NCBI GenBank assembly: GCA_036149055.1
Contig: JAYZQJ010000007.1
Span: 75,485-139,484, forward strand
Length of the DNA: 64,000 nucleotides
Origin: Myxococcota bacterium
GTDB taxonomy: Bacteria; Myxococcota_A; Polyangia; Polyangiales; Sandaracinaceae
Direction: 5' to 3'
The notes under the pieces were generated by a model. The model was not told where the DNA came from. It was given only the letters and a program-made list of their open reading frames with translations, and did no database searches. This document shows positions 46,865 to 54,613 of this stretch, in pieces (the first letter of the stretch is position 1; each line of letters begins with the position of its first letter). A program made the position numbers and the translations under genes.

Positions 46865-47152
46865 ATGCCGGTCTCACTCGACACCGTCGTCGCACAGGCA
46901 GAGCGGACCGCAGCGCGGGTGATCGATGGCAAGGCCGTCGTCATCGTCATCGACAAGCAAGAGCTCCACACGCTCAACCCCACCGGCACCTTCATCTGGG
47001 AGCGGGCGGAGAGCGCGCGGTCCGTCTCGGAGCTCGTCGACCAGGTGGTCCGTGAGTTCGAGGTGGACGACGAGACCGCCAGGCGTGACGTGGTCACGTT
47101 CGTCGAGCGGCTCGTGGGCCTCGGCGGGCTGACGGTGGTGGAGGCGAAGTGA
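46865..47152 (+). CDS. PqqD-family RiPP recognition element (RRE)
   Basis: 95 aa; RVIDGKAVVI, HTLNPTGTFIWE, EFEVDDETARRDVVTFVERL. Confidence 0.9.
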   Translation: MPVSLDTVVAQAERTAARVIDGKAVVIVIDKQELHTLNPTGTFIWERAESARSVSELVDQVVREFEVDDETARRDVVTFVERLVGLGGLTVVEAK

Positions 47153-48453
47153 GCGTCGACTTCCGTCGCAAGGCGAGCGTCGCGACGGTCCTCGCGGGCC
47201 TCCGTCTCGACCCCCACGCGCCGATGAGCGCGATGGTCGAGATCGCCGACCGGTGCAACGAAAAGTGCGTCCACTGCTATCAGGTGCAGGGGCAGAAGGG
47301 CGAGCTCGACACCGAAGAGTGGAAGGCCATCTTCGACGAGCTCGCCGAGATGGGGGTGATCCTCCTGACCCTCTCGGGCGGCGAGGCCACGCTGCGCCAC
47401 GACTTCCTCGAGCTGGTCGCCCACGCGCGAAAGCTCCGCTTCTCGGTGAAGCTGTTCACCAACGGGCTCAACATGACGCCCGAGCTCGCCCGCTCGCTCT
47501 CCGAGCTGGCGGTGCAGGACATCCAGATCAGCCTCTACTCGACCCGCGCGGAGGTGCACGACTGGGTGACCAACGTGCCCGGGTCGTGGCAGCGCACGGT
47601 CGATGGCGTGCGGCACCTGGTGGCGGAGGGCCTGAGCGTCACGATCAAGTCGCCCGTCATGAGCTTCAACGCCGACGAGGTGGACGATTACATCTCGCTC
47701 GCCGAGTCGCTCGGTGCGGGCTTCATGCTCGATCCGAACCTCGACGGGACCGAAGAGGGGAGCGCCGAGCCGCAGCAGTTCGGCATCGACGACGAGACGT
47801 ACCTGCGCCTCCGGAGCCACCCGGCGCTCGTCACTCCGGTGAAGGGCGACGCCGCGCCCCCGAAGCAGCTCGAGCGATCCGTCTGCGGCGCTTGCAGCGG
47901 GCACGTCCACGTCGAGGCGAACGGCGAGATGCGTCCCTGCACGATGCTCGACGTCCCGGTGGGCGACGCCCGGCGCTCGGTCCGGAGCGCGTGGGCGGAG
48001 AACGCGCAGGGGCGCGCCATCCGCGAGCTGACCTGGAACGACCTCCATGGGTGTCGCGATTGCGACCTCCAGCCCCGCTGCGGGCGCTGCTTCGCGAGCG
48101 CGCGGCTCGAGGGCGGCGACGCGCTGGGGCCCTATCCCGGCGCCTGCCGCCGCGCCAAGCTGCATCATCAGCTCGCGACGGGGAGTGAGCCGATCATCGA
48201 CGATCCGTCGGGGCTCGGAGTGGAGACCGGGCCGTACCGACGGATCGCCGGCGACCGCTTCGAGCGCATCCCGGACCGCGTGCTCCCGACCGACGACGCG
48301 AAGGCGCGAGAGCTGAGCTGGACGCGCGGGGCGCGGACGGCGACCGCGCCGCAGCTGATCCGGCCGGGAGACCTCGTTCGAATTCGGCGCCCCGGGGCTA
48401 AGAAGTCGAAACTCGAGGCCGTACCGCCCCGGCATGAAGCGACGCCCGATTGA
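47149..48453 (+). CDS. radical SAM/SPASM-domain peptide maturase
   Basis: CNEKCVHC (CxxxCxxC), SGGE, TNG; SPASM CGAC-x14-C...CxxCxxxxxCxxC-x18-C. Confidence 0.92.
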   Translation: MSVDFRRKASVATVLAGLRLDPHAPMSAMVEIADRCNEKCVHCYQVQGQKGELDTEEWKAIFDELAEMGVILLTLSGGEATLRHDFLELVAHARKLRFSVKLFTNGLNMTPELARSLSELAVQDIQISLYSTRAEVHDWVTNVPGSWQRTVDGVRHLVAEGLSVTIKSPVMSFNADEVDDYISLAESLGAGFMLDPNLDGTEEGSAEPQQFGIDDETYLRLRSHPALVTPVKGDAAPPKQLERSVCGACSGHVHVEANGEMRPCTMLDVPVGDARRSVRSAWAENAQGRAIRELTWNDLHGCRDCDLQPRCGRCFASARLEGGDALGPYPGACRRAKLHHQLATGSEPIIDDPSGLGVETGPYRRIAGDRFERIPDRVLPTDDAKARELSWTRGARTATAPQLIRPGDLVRIRRPGAKKSKLEAVPPRHEATPD

Positions 48454-48535
48454 TTGCAGCGGCAGGTCTCATCAGTATATGAGCAACGAGCTTGAATTGG
48501 TGCCGCCCGGCGGCGCATCCGAGGGGAGGAAGCCT

Positions 48536-51500
48536 GTGTCCGTTCATCAGAAGCTGTTCTTGGTGCCGCTGGCGTTGTCGCTGGCGTTGGCCAGTGGCTG
48601 CGAGTGCGATCCGGTGACCGAGGCGTCGATCACCCTCACCGCGCCGGCCGACGGAACCACCCTGACCCTCGCGGACGACACGAACGAGGCCCTCGAGGGC
48701 CTGCAGATCGAGGTGACCGCCGACATCGTGGGCCTCGGCGCCGGCGACGAGCTCGGGCTCCGCGTGGACGGCGCGACCGCCTCCACCGCGTTCGTCGGCA
48801 CCGAGACCACCGTGCGCTTCACCGACGTCACCCTCAGCTCGGGCAGCCACACCCTCCAGGCTTTCAGCGTGGTCGGCGGGGTCACCTCGCAGGAGGTGAT
48901 GGTCACCGTCAACGCGGACTGCTTCGCGGTGAACATCGTGACCCCCGAGCCGGGGGGCGACGTGACCACCCTGGGCCCGGCCGACGACACCGACGGTGAG
49001 ATGTGTGAAGGAACCTTCGAGACCACGGTGGTGGCGTCGACCGGCGCCCCCGATGGCAGCGAGGCGCGCGTGTACGTCAACGGCACGCCGCGGCGCACCG
49101 CCCGCGTGATGGGCGGCGCGGTGCGCTTCGAGGGCGTCGCGTTCGACAACCGCGGCCCGACCCCCAACACCCTGCGCGTCGAGGTCTCGGATCCCGACGG
49201 GCTGACCTGTGACACGACCTTCGGCACCGACATCCTGGTGGACTGCGACGGAGTCAGCTGCGCGATCACGTTGCCCGATTCGGAGTCTCCGTTCCTGAAC
49301 GAGAGCGACGACCTCTACGCGGCGGACGGATTCCAGACCGACTTCGAGGTCACCACCGACGCGGACGGCGCCGGGCAGCCGGTGCGCCTCATCATCGACG
49401 GCGACAGCGTCGGGGCGCTCACCGCCACCCCGGACGGCCTCGTGGCTCGCTTCACCGAGGTGGAGCTCTCGGAGGGCGTGCACCGGGTGCGCGCGCAGTG
49501 CGTCGACGAGGTCGGCAACGTCTCCTTCTCCGGCACCGCCGAGTGGACCGTGGACGTGACGCCGTGCGGTGTCGCCTTCGTCGAGCCGACCGAGGGCCAG
49601 CTCTTCAACACCGACCTCGACGAGTCGACCCCCGAGTTCGACATCCTCTCCAGCGGCACCGCGGGCGCCGACTGCGTCGGTCTCCGGGTGGGCGCGTGCG
49701 GTGGCATCGACGCGCTTCCCTTCGGCACCGCCTCCGAGACCTGGGAGCAGCCGCTCGCGCTCGCCACGACCGCGATGCAGCAGGTGTGCGTCGAGACGCG
49801 CGACGAGGCCGGGAACGTCAGCCGCGAGATGGTCGGGATTCGCATCCGGACCGAGGCGCCGCAGCTCGAGATCGCCTCGCCCAGCGCGGGCGCTGGTTAC
49901 AACGTCATGGGCACCGCGGGCCGCACCGCCGACCTGGACCCGGGCACGCCGAGCTGTGAGGCGATGGTCGAGGTCTACTGCACCGACCCGGGCGAGATGG
50001 TGACCCTCCTCCGCGAGACGCCCTCGACCGTCATCGGCATGGCGAGCTGCGTGGCCGATGCGGGCGTGCCGGCCCCCTACGCGGGCATCGCCACGTTCAC
50101 GATGGCCGCGCTCCCGACGCAGAGCGACGGGATGCCGTACAACATCCTCGCGCGTCAGGAGGCCGACGGGCTCACCGGCACCTCCTCGCCCATCAGCGTC
50201 CGCGCCGACTGCGACGCGCCCAACCTCACGGTCACGCGGCCCATGTGCGGCGCGATGCTGCGCCCGGCGACGCAGGACGAGGACATGTCCACGCCCGGGT
50301 TCCAGTACCGGACCAACGTCGCCTACACGAACGGGCGCATGGGCGACAGCGTCGTGCTCGAGATCCGGCCGACCGGCGGCGGCGCGCCCGTCTCGCCTCC
50401 GATCATGCGCACCTTCACGTCGTCGCCGCTCGTGTTCAACGGCGTCGACTACGCGTCCGGCGGCATGCTCGACATCATCGCGACCGCGACCGACAGCGGC
50501 GGCAACGTCGCCTCGAACCCGACCTGCTCGGTCACGGTCGAGGATCTGCCGACGGTGACCCTCACCGCGCCGATGGACGGCGAGGTGCTGTCGACGGGCG
50601 ACGACTGCGACGGCGGCGCGGCCGGCCTGCAGGTCCGCGTGCAGGGCACGACCGATTCGCCGGCCGGCTCCACCGTCGCCGTCGTCATCGGCGGCAGCAC
50701 CACGATGGGCACCGTCGGCTCCGGCGGCGCGATCGACGAGTGCGTGTCCATCTCGGACGGGAGCCGCACGATCCGGGTCGAGGTCACCGACACGCGGGGC
50801 ACGGGCTCCGCGAGCGTGGCGGTCACGGTCGACACGATGCCCCCGACCACGGCCATCGACGACCTGTCGGCGACGGTCACCGACCGTCGAGGCGGCCTCG
50901 TTCGCCTCGACTGGACGGCGGTCGCGGACGCGGGCGGCGGTGACCTCACCGCGTACGAGCTGCGCTGCGCGGCGGCTCCCATCACGTCCGAGGCGGACTG
51001 GACCGCGGCGACGCCCGTCCCGGTGATGTCCGTGCCCGGCTCCGGGGGCTCGAGCGAGACCGAGGTGGTCGGCGGCTTCCGGCCCGGCGTCACCCGGAAC
51101 TGCGCCCTCCGTGGCGAGGACCCGACGGGCGCGATGACGCCGCTGCCGGCGTCGAGCACCACGATCACCGTGTCGTTCCTCCAGCAGGAGGTGACCAGCG
51201 GCACCCCGACGGCCAGCCGCTTCGGTGTCGACGTGGCCGCGGTCGGCGACGTCAACGGCGACGGCATCGACGACGTGCTCGTCGGTGGCCAGGGCGAGGC
51301 CTTCCTCTACTTCGGCTCGGCGACGGGGCTCGGGGCCACCGCGAGCGTCTCGTTCCCGGCCGCGGGCGGCAGCCTCAGCCACGGCCGCGAGGTCGCGGGC
51401 CTCGGCGACTTCAACGGCGACGGTCGCCCGGACTTCGCCATCACCGACCGTGAGCTCACCGTGGGCGGCGAGTCGTTCCAGGGCGCGGTCTACGTGTTCT

Positions 51501-52567
51501 TCGGACGCCCGAGCACGACCCCCTGGCCGAGCACCGTGGCCACCGGGGCCACCGGACCGGGTCCCTTCGTCTGCAGCGGCGCCGACCTCTGCTTCGTCGG
51601 CGACGACGGAGTGCCCGGCTCGGGAGCCGACACGTTCGGGCTCCTCGGCTGGTCGGTCGCCCCGGCGGGTGACTTCGACGGCGACGGCTTCATGGACCTC
51701 GCGATCGGCGCGCCCTTCGCGGGGGGCTCCGGCCGCGCCTACATCCTGCTCGGCGACAGCTCCTTCACCTCGGGCTCGGCCATCTCCGTGCCCGGCACCG
51801 GGAGCGGTCCGCAGGGCTTCTTCGTCCAGGCCACCGGCGCGATGTACTCGCAGCTCGGCAACGTGGTCGAGACGCTCGGCGGCGACCTCGGCGCCGACAT
51901 GCGGCAGGACATCCTCATCGGCGCGGCGGGCCGCACCGGCGGCAGCCCGATCCCGGCGGCGGTCCTCTTCCTCGGTGGGCGTGCCCACGCGGGCGGCGGC
52001 CTCACCAGCATCGCTCCGGCCGGCCTCCAGGTCCTCGGCACCGGCCAGGCGAACTCCTTCGGGATCGCCATGTCGGGCGCCGGTGACATCAACGGCGACG
52101 GCATCCTGGACGCCCTCGTGTACGAGAACGCGCTCAACAACCGCGGGCAGGTCACTGCCTACCTCGGCAGCGCGACCGGGTTCACGGGCGCGACCACCTT
52201 CACCTACACGAACGACACGCCGGGCCCGAGCAACGACCGCTTCGGCCGCTTCATGAGCATCGGGCGTCACCCGGCGTTGATGCTGCTGTCGGACATCGAT
52301 GGAGACCGCGTCTCGGACGTGGTACTCGGGTCGGTGGAGAGCGAAACGATGCCCGGCACCAGCGCCCTCTTCTACCGCTCCATGTCCTCCTCCTCTCAGG
52401 TCCGGTCCGCTCGTGACGTGCAATTCGGCTCCGCGAGCACCACGGCGGCGACCGACGGTTTCCGACCGACGTTCGTCGGTGACGTGAACGGGGACGGCGC
52501 CGCGGACATCGCAATCGCAGACCCCGCTTTCATGTCGAACCAGGGCCGTGTTCTGGTTCAGTACTGA
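48536..52567 (+). CDS. large lipoprotein with Ig-like/FN3-like domains and a 7-bladed FG-GAP (integrin-alpha-like) propeller, ~1343 aa
   Basis: GTG 48536 after RBS GGAGGA; lipobox LASGC; seven GD(V/F/I)(N/D)GDG-type repeats in the C-terminal third. Confidence 0.85.
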   Translation: MSVHQKLFLVPLALSLALASGCECDPVTEASITLTAPADGTTLTLADDTNEALEGLQIEVTADIVGLGAGDELGLRVDGATASTAFVGTETTVRFTDVTLSSGSHTLQAFSVVGGVTSQEVMVTVNADCFAVNIVTPEPGGDVTTLGPADDTDGEMCEGTFETTVVASTGAPDGSEARVYVNGTPRRTARVMGGAVRFEGVAFDNRGPTPNTLRVEVSDPDGLTCDTTFGTDILVDCDGVSCAITLPDSESPFLNESDDLYAADGFQTDFEVTTDADGAGQPVRLIIDGDSVGALTATPDGLVARFTEVELSEGVHRVRAQCVDEVGNVSFSGTAEWTVDVTPCGVAFVEPTEGQLFNTDLDESTPEFDILSSGTAGADCVGLRVGACGGIDALPFGTASETWEQPLALATTAMQQVCVETRDEAGNVSREMVGIRIRTEAPQLEIASPSAGAGYNVMGTAGRTADLDPGTPSCEAMVEVYCTDPGEMVTLLRETPSTVIGMASCVADAGVPAPYAGIATFTMAALPTQSDGMPYNILARQEADGLTGTSSPISVRADCDAPNLTVTRPMCGAMLRPATQDEDMSTPGFQYRTNVAYTNGRMGDSVVLEIRPTGGGAPVSPPIMRTFTSSPLVFNGVDYASGGMLDIIATATDSGGNVASNPTCSVTVEDLPTVTLTAPMDGEVLSTGDDCDGGAAGLQVRVQGTTDSPAGSTVAVVIGGSTTMGTVGSGGAIDECVSISDGSRTIRVEVTDTRGTGSASVAVTVDTMPPTTAIDDLSATVTDRRGGLVRLDWTAVADAGGGDLTAYELRCAAAPITSEADWTAATPVPVMSVPGSGGSSETEVVGGFRPGVTRNCALRGEDPTGAMTPLPASSTTITVSFLQQEVTSGTPTASRFGVDVAAVGDVNGDGIDDVLVGGQGEAFLYFGSATGLGATASVSFPAAGGSLSHGREVAGLGDFNGDGRPDFAITDRELTVGGESFQGAVYVFFGRPSTTPWPSTVATGATGPGPFVCSGADLCFVGDDGVPGSGADTFGLLGWSVAPAGDFDGDGFMDLAIGAPFAGGSGRAYILLGDSSFTSGSAISVPGTGSGPQGFFVQATGAMYSQLGNVVETLGGDLGADMRQDILIGAAGRTGGSPIPAAVLFLGGRAHAGGGLTSIAPAGLQVLGTGQANSFGIAMSGAGDINGDGILDALVYENALNNRGQVTAYLGSATGFTGATTFTYTNDTPGPSNDRFGRFMSIGRHPALMLLSDIDGDRVSDVVLGSVESETMPGTSALFYRSMSSSSQVRSARDVQFGSASTTAATDGFRPTFVGDVNGDGAADIAIADPAFMSNQGRVLVQY

Positions 52568-52576
52568 GGAGAGACG

Positions 52577-52741
52577 ATGCACAGGGATCGCTCCACCGAG
52601 GAGCGCGAAGAGCGCTCGACCCCCTACGTTCCGCCTGCCATCGAGGAATCGGCGAAGTTCGAGACCCTCGCCCTGAGCTGCGGAAAGGTCCCGGGCGACG
52701 GCACTCCGCAGTGCGAGGTCTTCAACCCGACCCAGAGCTGA
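52577..52741 (+). CDS. putative RiPP precursor peptide, 54 aa (not in ORF track)
   Basis: Hand translation MHRDRSTEEREERSTPYVPPAIEESAKFETLALSCGKVPGDGTPQCEVFNPTQS; RBS AGGAG upstream; fills the gap between two + genes; YxxPxI RRE-binding-like motif. Confidence 0.85.
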   Translation: MHRDRSTEEREERSTPYVPPAIEESAKFETLALSCGKVPGDGTPQCEVFNPTQS

Positions 52742-52754
52742 CCCTCAGCCGGCC

Positions 52755-53687
52755 ATGGTGACCCTCTGCGACGAGCTCGTGGTGGACGCCATGGTGGCGA
52801 CCCTGCAAGCGGACGGCGAAGCCACCGTCCGCCTGTGGGGTCGCAGCATGCTCCCCACCTTCTGGCCCGGAACACGCCACCGCGTGGAGGCTTGCGAGCC
52901 CGAGGACGTCAGGGTCGGCGACGTGGTCGTGATCCGGAGGGGGCCCGGGGTCACGGCCCATCGCGTCGCGGCCGTCGACGGCGGGGACCTGGCCGTGAAG
53001 GGAGATCGCTTCCCCCGGGAGGGCGCGCTCTCGGTCCCGGCCGGCGCCGTGCTCGGTCGGATCACTTCCGTCCCGGTGGGTCCGATCGCGATCTCACTGC
53101 CCGCCTCGCTCGGCCGGCGCGTCCATCGAGTGATGGCGCCTCTGCTCGCGAGCGCCCAGCCGGGCGTCGAGCGATCGATGGTGTGGGGCCGCGCCGTCCA
53201 GCGCGAGCTGCTCGCGCGCTCGATCCCGCTCCGTCGGCGGGCGCTCCCGTGGCGCGTAGAGCGCCTGAGCGAAGCGCACCTGCCGCGGATCCGCGCCGCG
53301 CTGCATCGGCGTGGCGTCCGCGCGGAGCGTCGAGACCTCGAGCGCTGGCAGGAGCTCGCCCGCGCAGAGCTCCCCTTCGCCATGGTGGCGACCGGGCGGC
53401 GCGGACGGGTCGTGGGGTGGATCCGCGCCGACCAGGGCTCCGACGGAGAGGTAGAGCTCTACGACCTCTGGGTCGAGAGGCTGCACCGTCGGCTGGGCTT
53501 GGGCTCGGCGCTGATGGGGGCGGCCGAGGCGCGCGCGTTCGCGCTCGGGGCCGCCCGGGTGACCGCCGACACCTCCGAGGCGCGCGGAGACATCCTGCGG
53601 CTCTTCGCGACGCGCGGGTTCTCGGCCACCACGGACGCGTCGGTCGGCCCTCGCCACCGCCGCTACGCGAGAGCCCGCGAGCGGTGA
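52755..53687 (+). CDS. S24/S26 (signal peptidase I-like) peptidase fused to GNAT acetyltransferase
   Basis: GRSMLP, GDVVV, AHRV, KGD; C-terminal LWVERLHRRLGLGSALM acetyl-CoA motif A. Confidence 0.82.
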   Translation: MVTLCDELVVDAMVATLQADGEATVRLWGRSMLPTFWPGTRHRVEACEPEDVRVGDVVVIRRGPGVTAHRVAAVDGGDLAVKGDRFPREGALSVPAGAVLGRITSVPVGPIAISLPASLGRRVHRVMAPLLASAQPGVERSMVWGRAVQRELLARSIPLRRRALPWRVERLSEAHLPRIRAALHRRGVRAERRDLERWQELARAELPFAMVATGRRGRVVGWIRADQGSDGEVELYDLWVERLHRRLGLGSALMGAAEARAFALGAARVTADTSEARGDILRLFATRGFSATTDASVGPRHRRYARARER

Positions 53688-54613
53688 GCTCGAGGCACGT
53701 CGCGCTGGCGATGATCGCGGCCCTGGGCGCGGTCGGCGTCTTCCTCTGCCGCGAGGACCCGTCGACCGCGGTCGCTCTCGCGGTGGCGGGGACCTGCGCG
53801 GCCATGCTCGCGTGGCGGCCGGGGACACGACCGCGCCCCGCGCTCGACGACGCGCTGCGCTCGCTCGACGCGCGCATCGAGGCGGCGGCGGAGGAGCGGC
53901 ATCGGATGAGGCTGGCGGCGGAGACCGCGGGGCGCTTCCGAGAGGAGTTCGTCGCCGCGGTCCGGCACGAGCTGAAGACGCCGCTCAACGCGATCCTCGG
54001 GTTCAGCGACGTCTTGCTGCACGACGTCGACGGGCCGCTCTCCGACGCGCAGCGCGAGGACGTCGAGGCGATCCGCTCCGCCGGAACCTATCTCCAGGAC
54101 CTCGTGGAGGCGGTGCTCGCGGAGTGGGTGCCCTCCCGCGACACCCCGGAGCCGCTGGCGCCGGTCGATCTCTGCGCGCTGGTGCGGGAGGTGGCGCGCC
54201 TGCTCGAGGGCCAGCTGCCGGGGAGCGCCATCCGCCTGGAGCAGCGGGTGTCCGACGACACGCCGGCGCCGATGGCCGACGCCCGGCGGCTCCGGCAGGT
54301 GCTCATCAACCTCGGCACCAACGCGATCCGCGCCACGCGCCAGGGCGCCATCACCCTCGAGGCCGCGCCGCACGAGGACGGGGTGCGCCTCACCGTGCGC
54401 GACACCGGGGCTGGCATCGCCGAGGCGGACCTGCCGAAGCTCTTCGAGGAGTTCACCCAGCTCGGCGCGCGCGAGGGGCGGCGCGGCGGGACCGGGCTCG
54501 GCCTGGCGCTCACCCGTGATCTCGTCGAGTGGCACGGCGGGCGGATCGAGGTGGAGAGCGAACTCGGCGTCGGCTCCGCGTTCCACGTCCTCCTGCCGAC
54601 GCAGGCCGACTGA
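53684..54613 (+). CDS. membrane sensor histidine kinase
   Basis: HELKTPLNAI, INLGTNA, DTGAGI, LFEEF, GTGLGL. Confidence 0.92.
   Translation: MSSRHVALAMIAALGAVGVFLCREDPSTAVALAVAGTCAAMLAWRPGTRPRPALDDALRSLDARIEAAAEERHRMRLAAETAGRFREEFVAAVRHELKTPLNAILGFSDVLLHDVDGPLSDAQREDVEAIRSAGTYLQDLVEAVLAEWVPSRDTPEPLAPVDLCALVREVARLLEGQLPGSAIRLEQRVSDDTPAPMADARRLRQVLINLGTNAIRATRQGAITLEAAPHEDGVRLTVRDTGAGIAEADLPKLFEEFTQLGAREGRRGGTGLGLALTRDLVEWHGGRIEVESELGVGSAFHVLLPTQAD

Noticed and set aside
48434..48535. Track start (ATG 48434) for the large lipoprotein
   Set aside because: Overlaps the rSAM end and buries the signal peptide; GTG 48536 has an RBS and gives a normal lipoprotein signal
48398..52582. 1394-aa antisense ORF and other long shadow ORFs (e.g. 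60181-63678, 58152-61724)
   Set aside because: Typical stop-free frames of high-GC genes; no motifs, biased composition
52624..52961. Small minus-strand ORFs over the precursor region
   Set aside because: No recognizable RBS or motif; the + strand 54-aa ORF fits operon orientation and spacing
46009..53687. Calling the cluster a lasso peptide, PQQ or mycofactocin pathway
   Set aside because: No asparagine-synthetase-like cyclase or B2 protease, no pqqB/C and no ExxxY core, no mft genes or IDGxCGVY core
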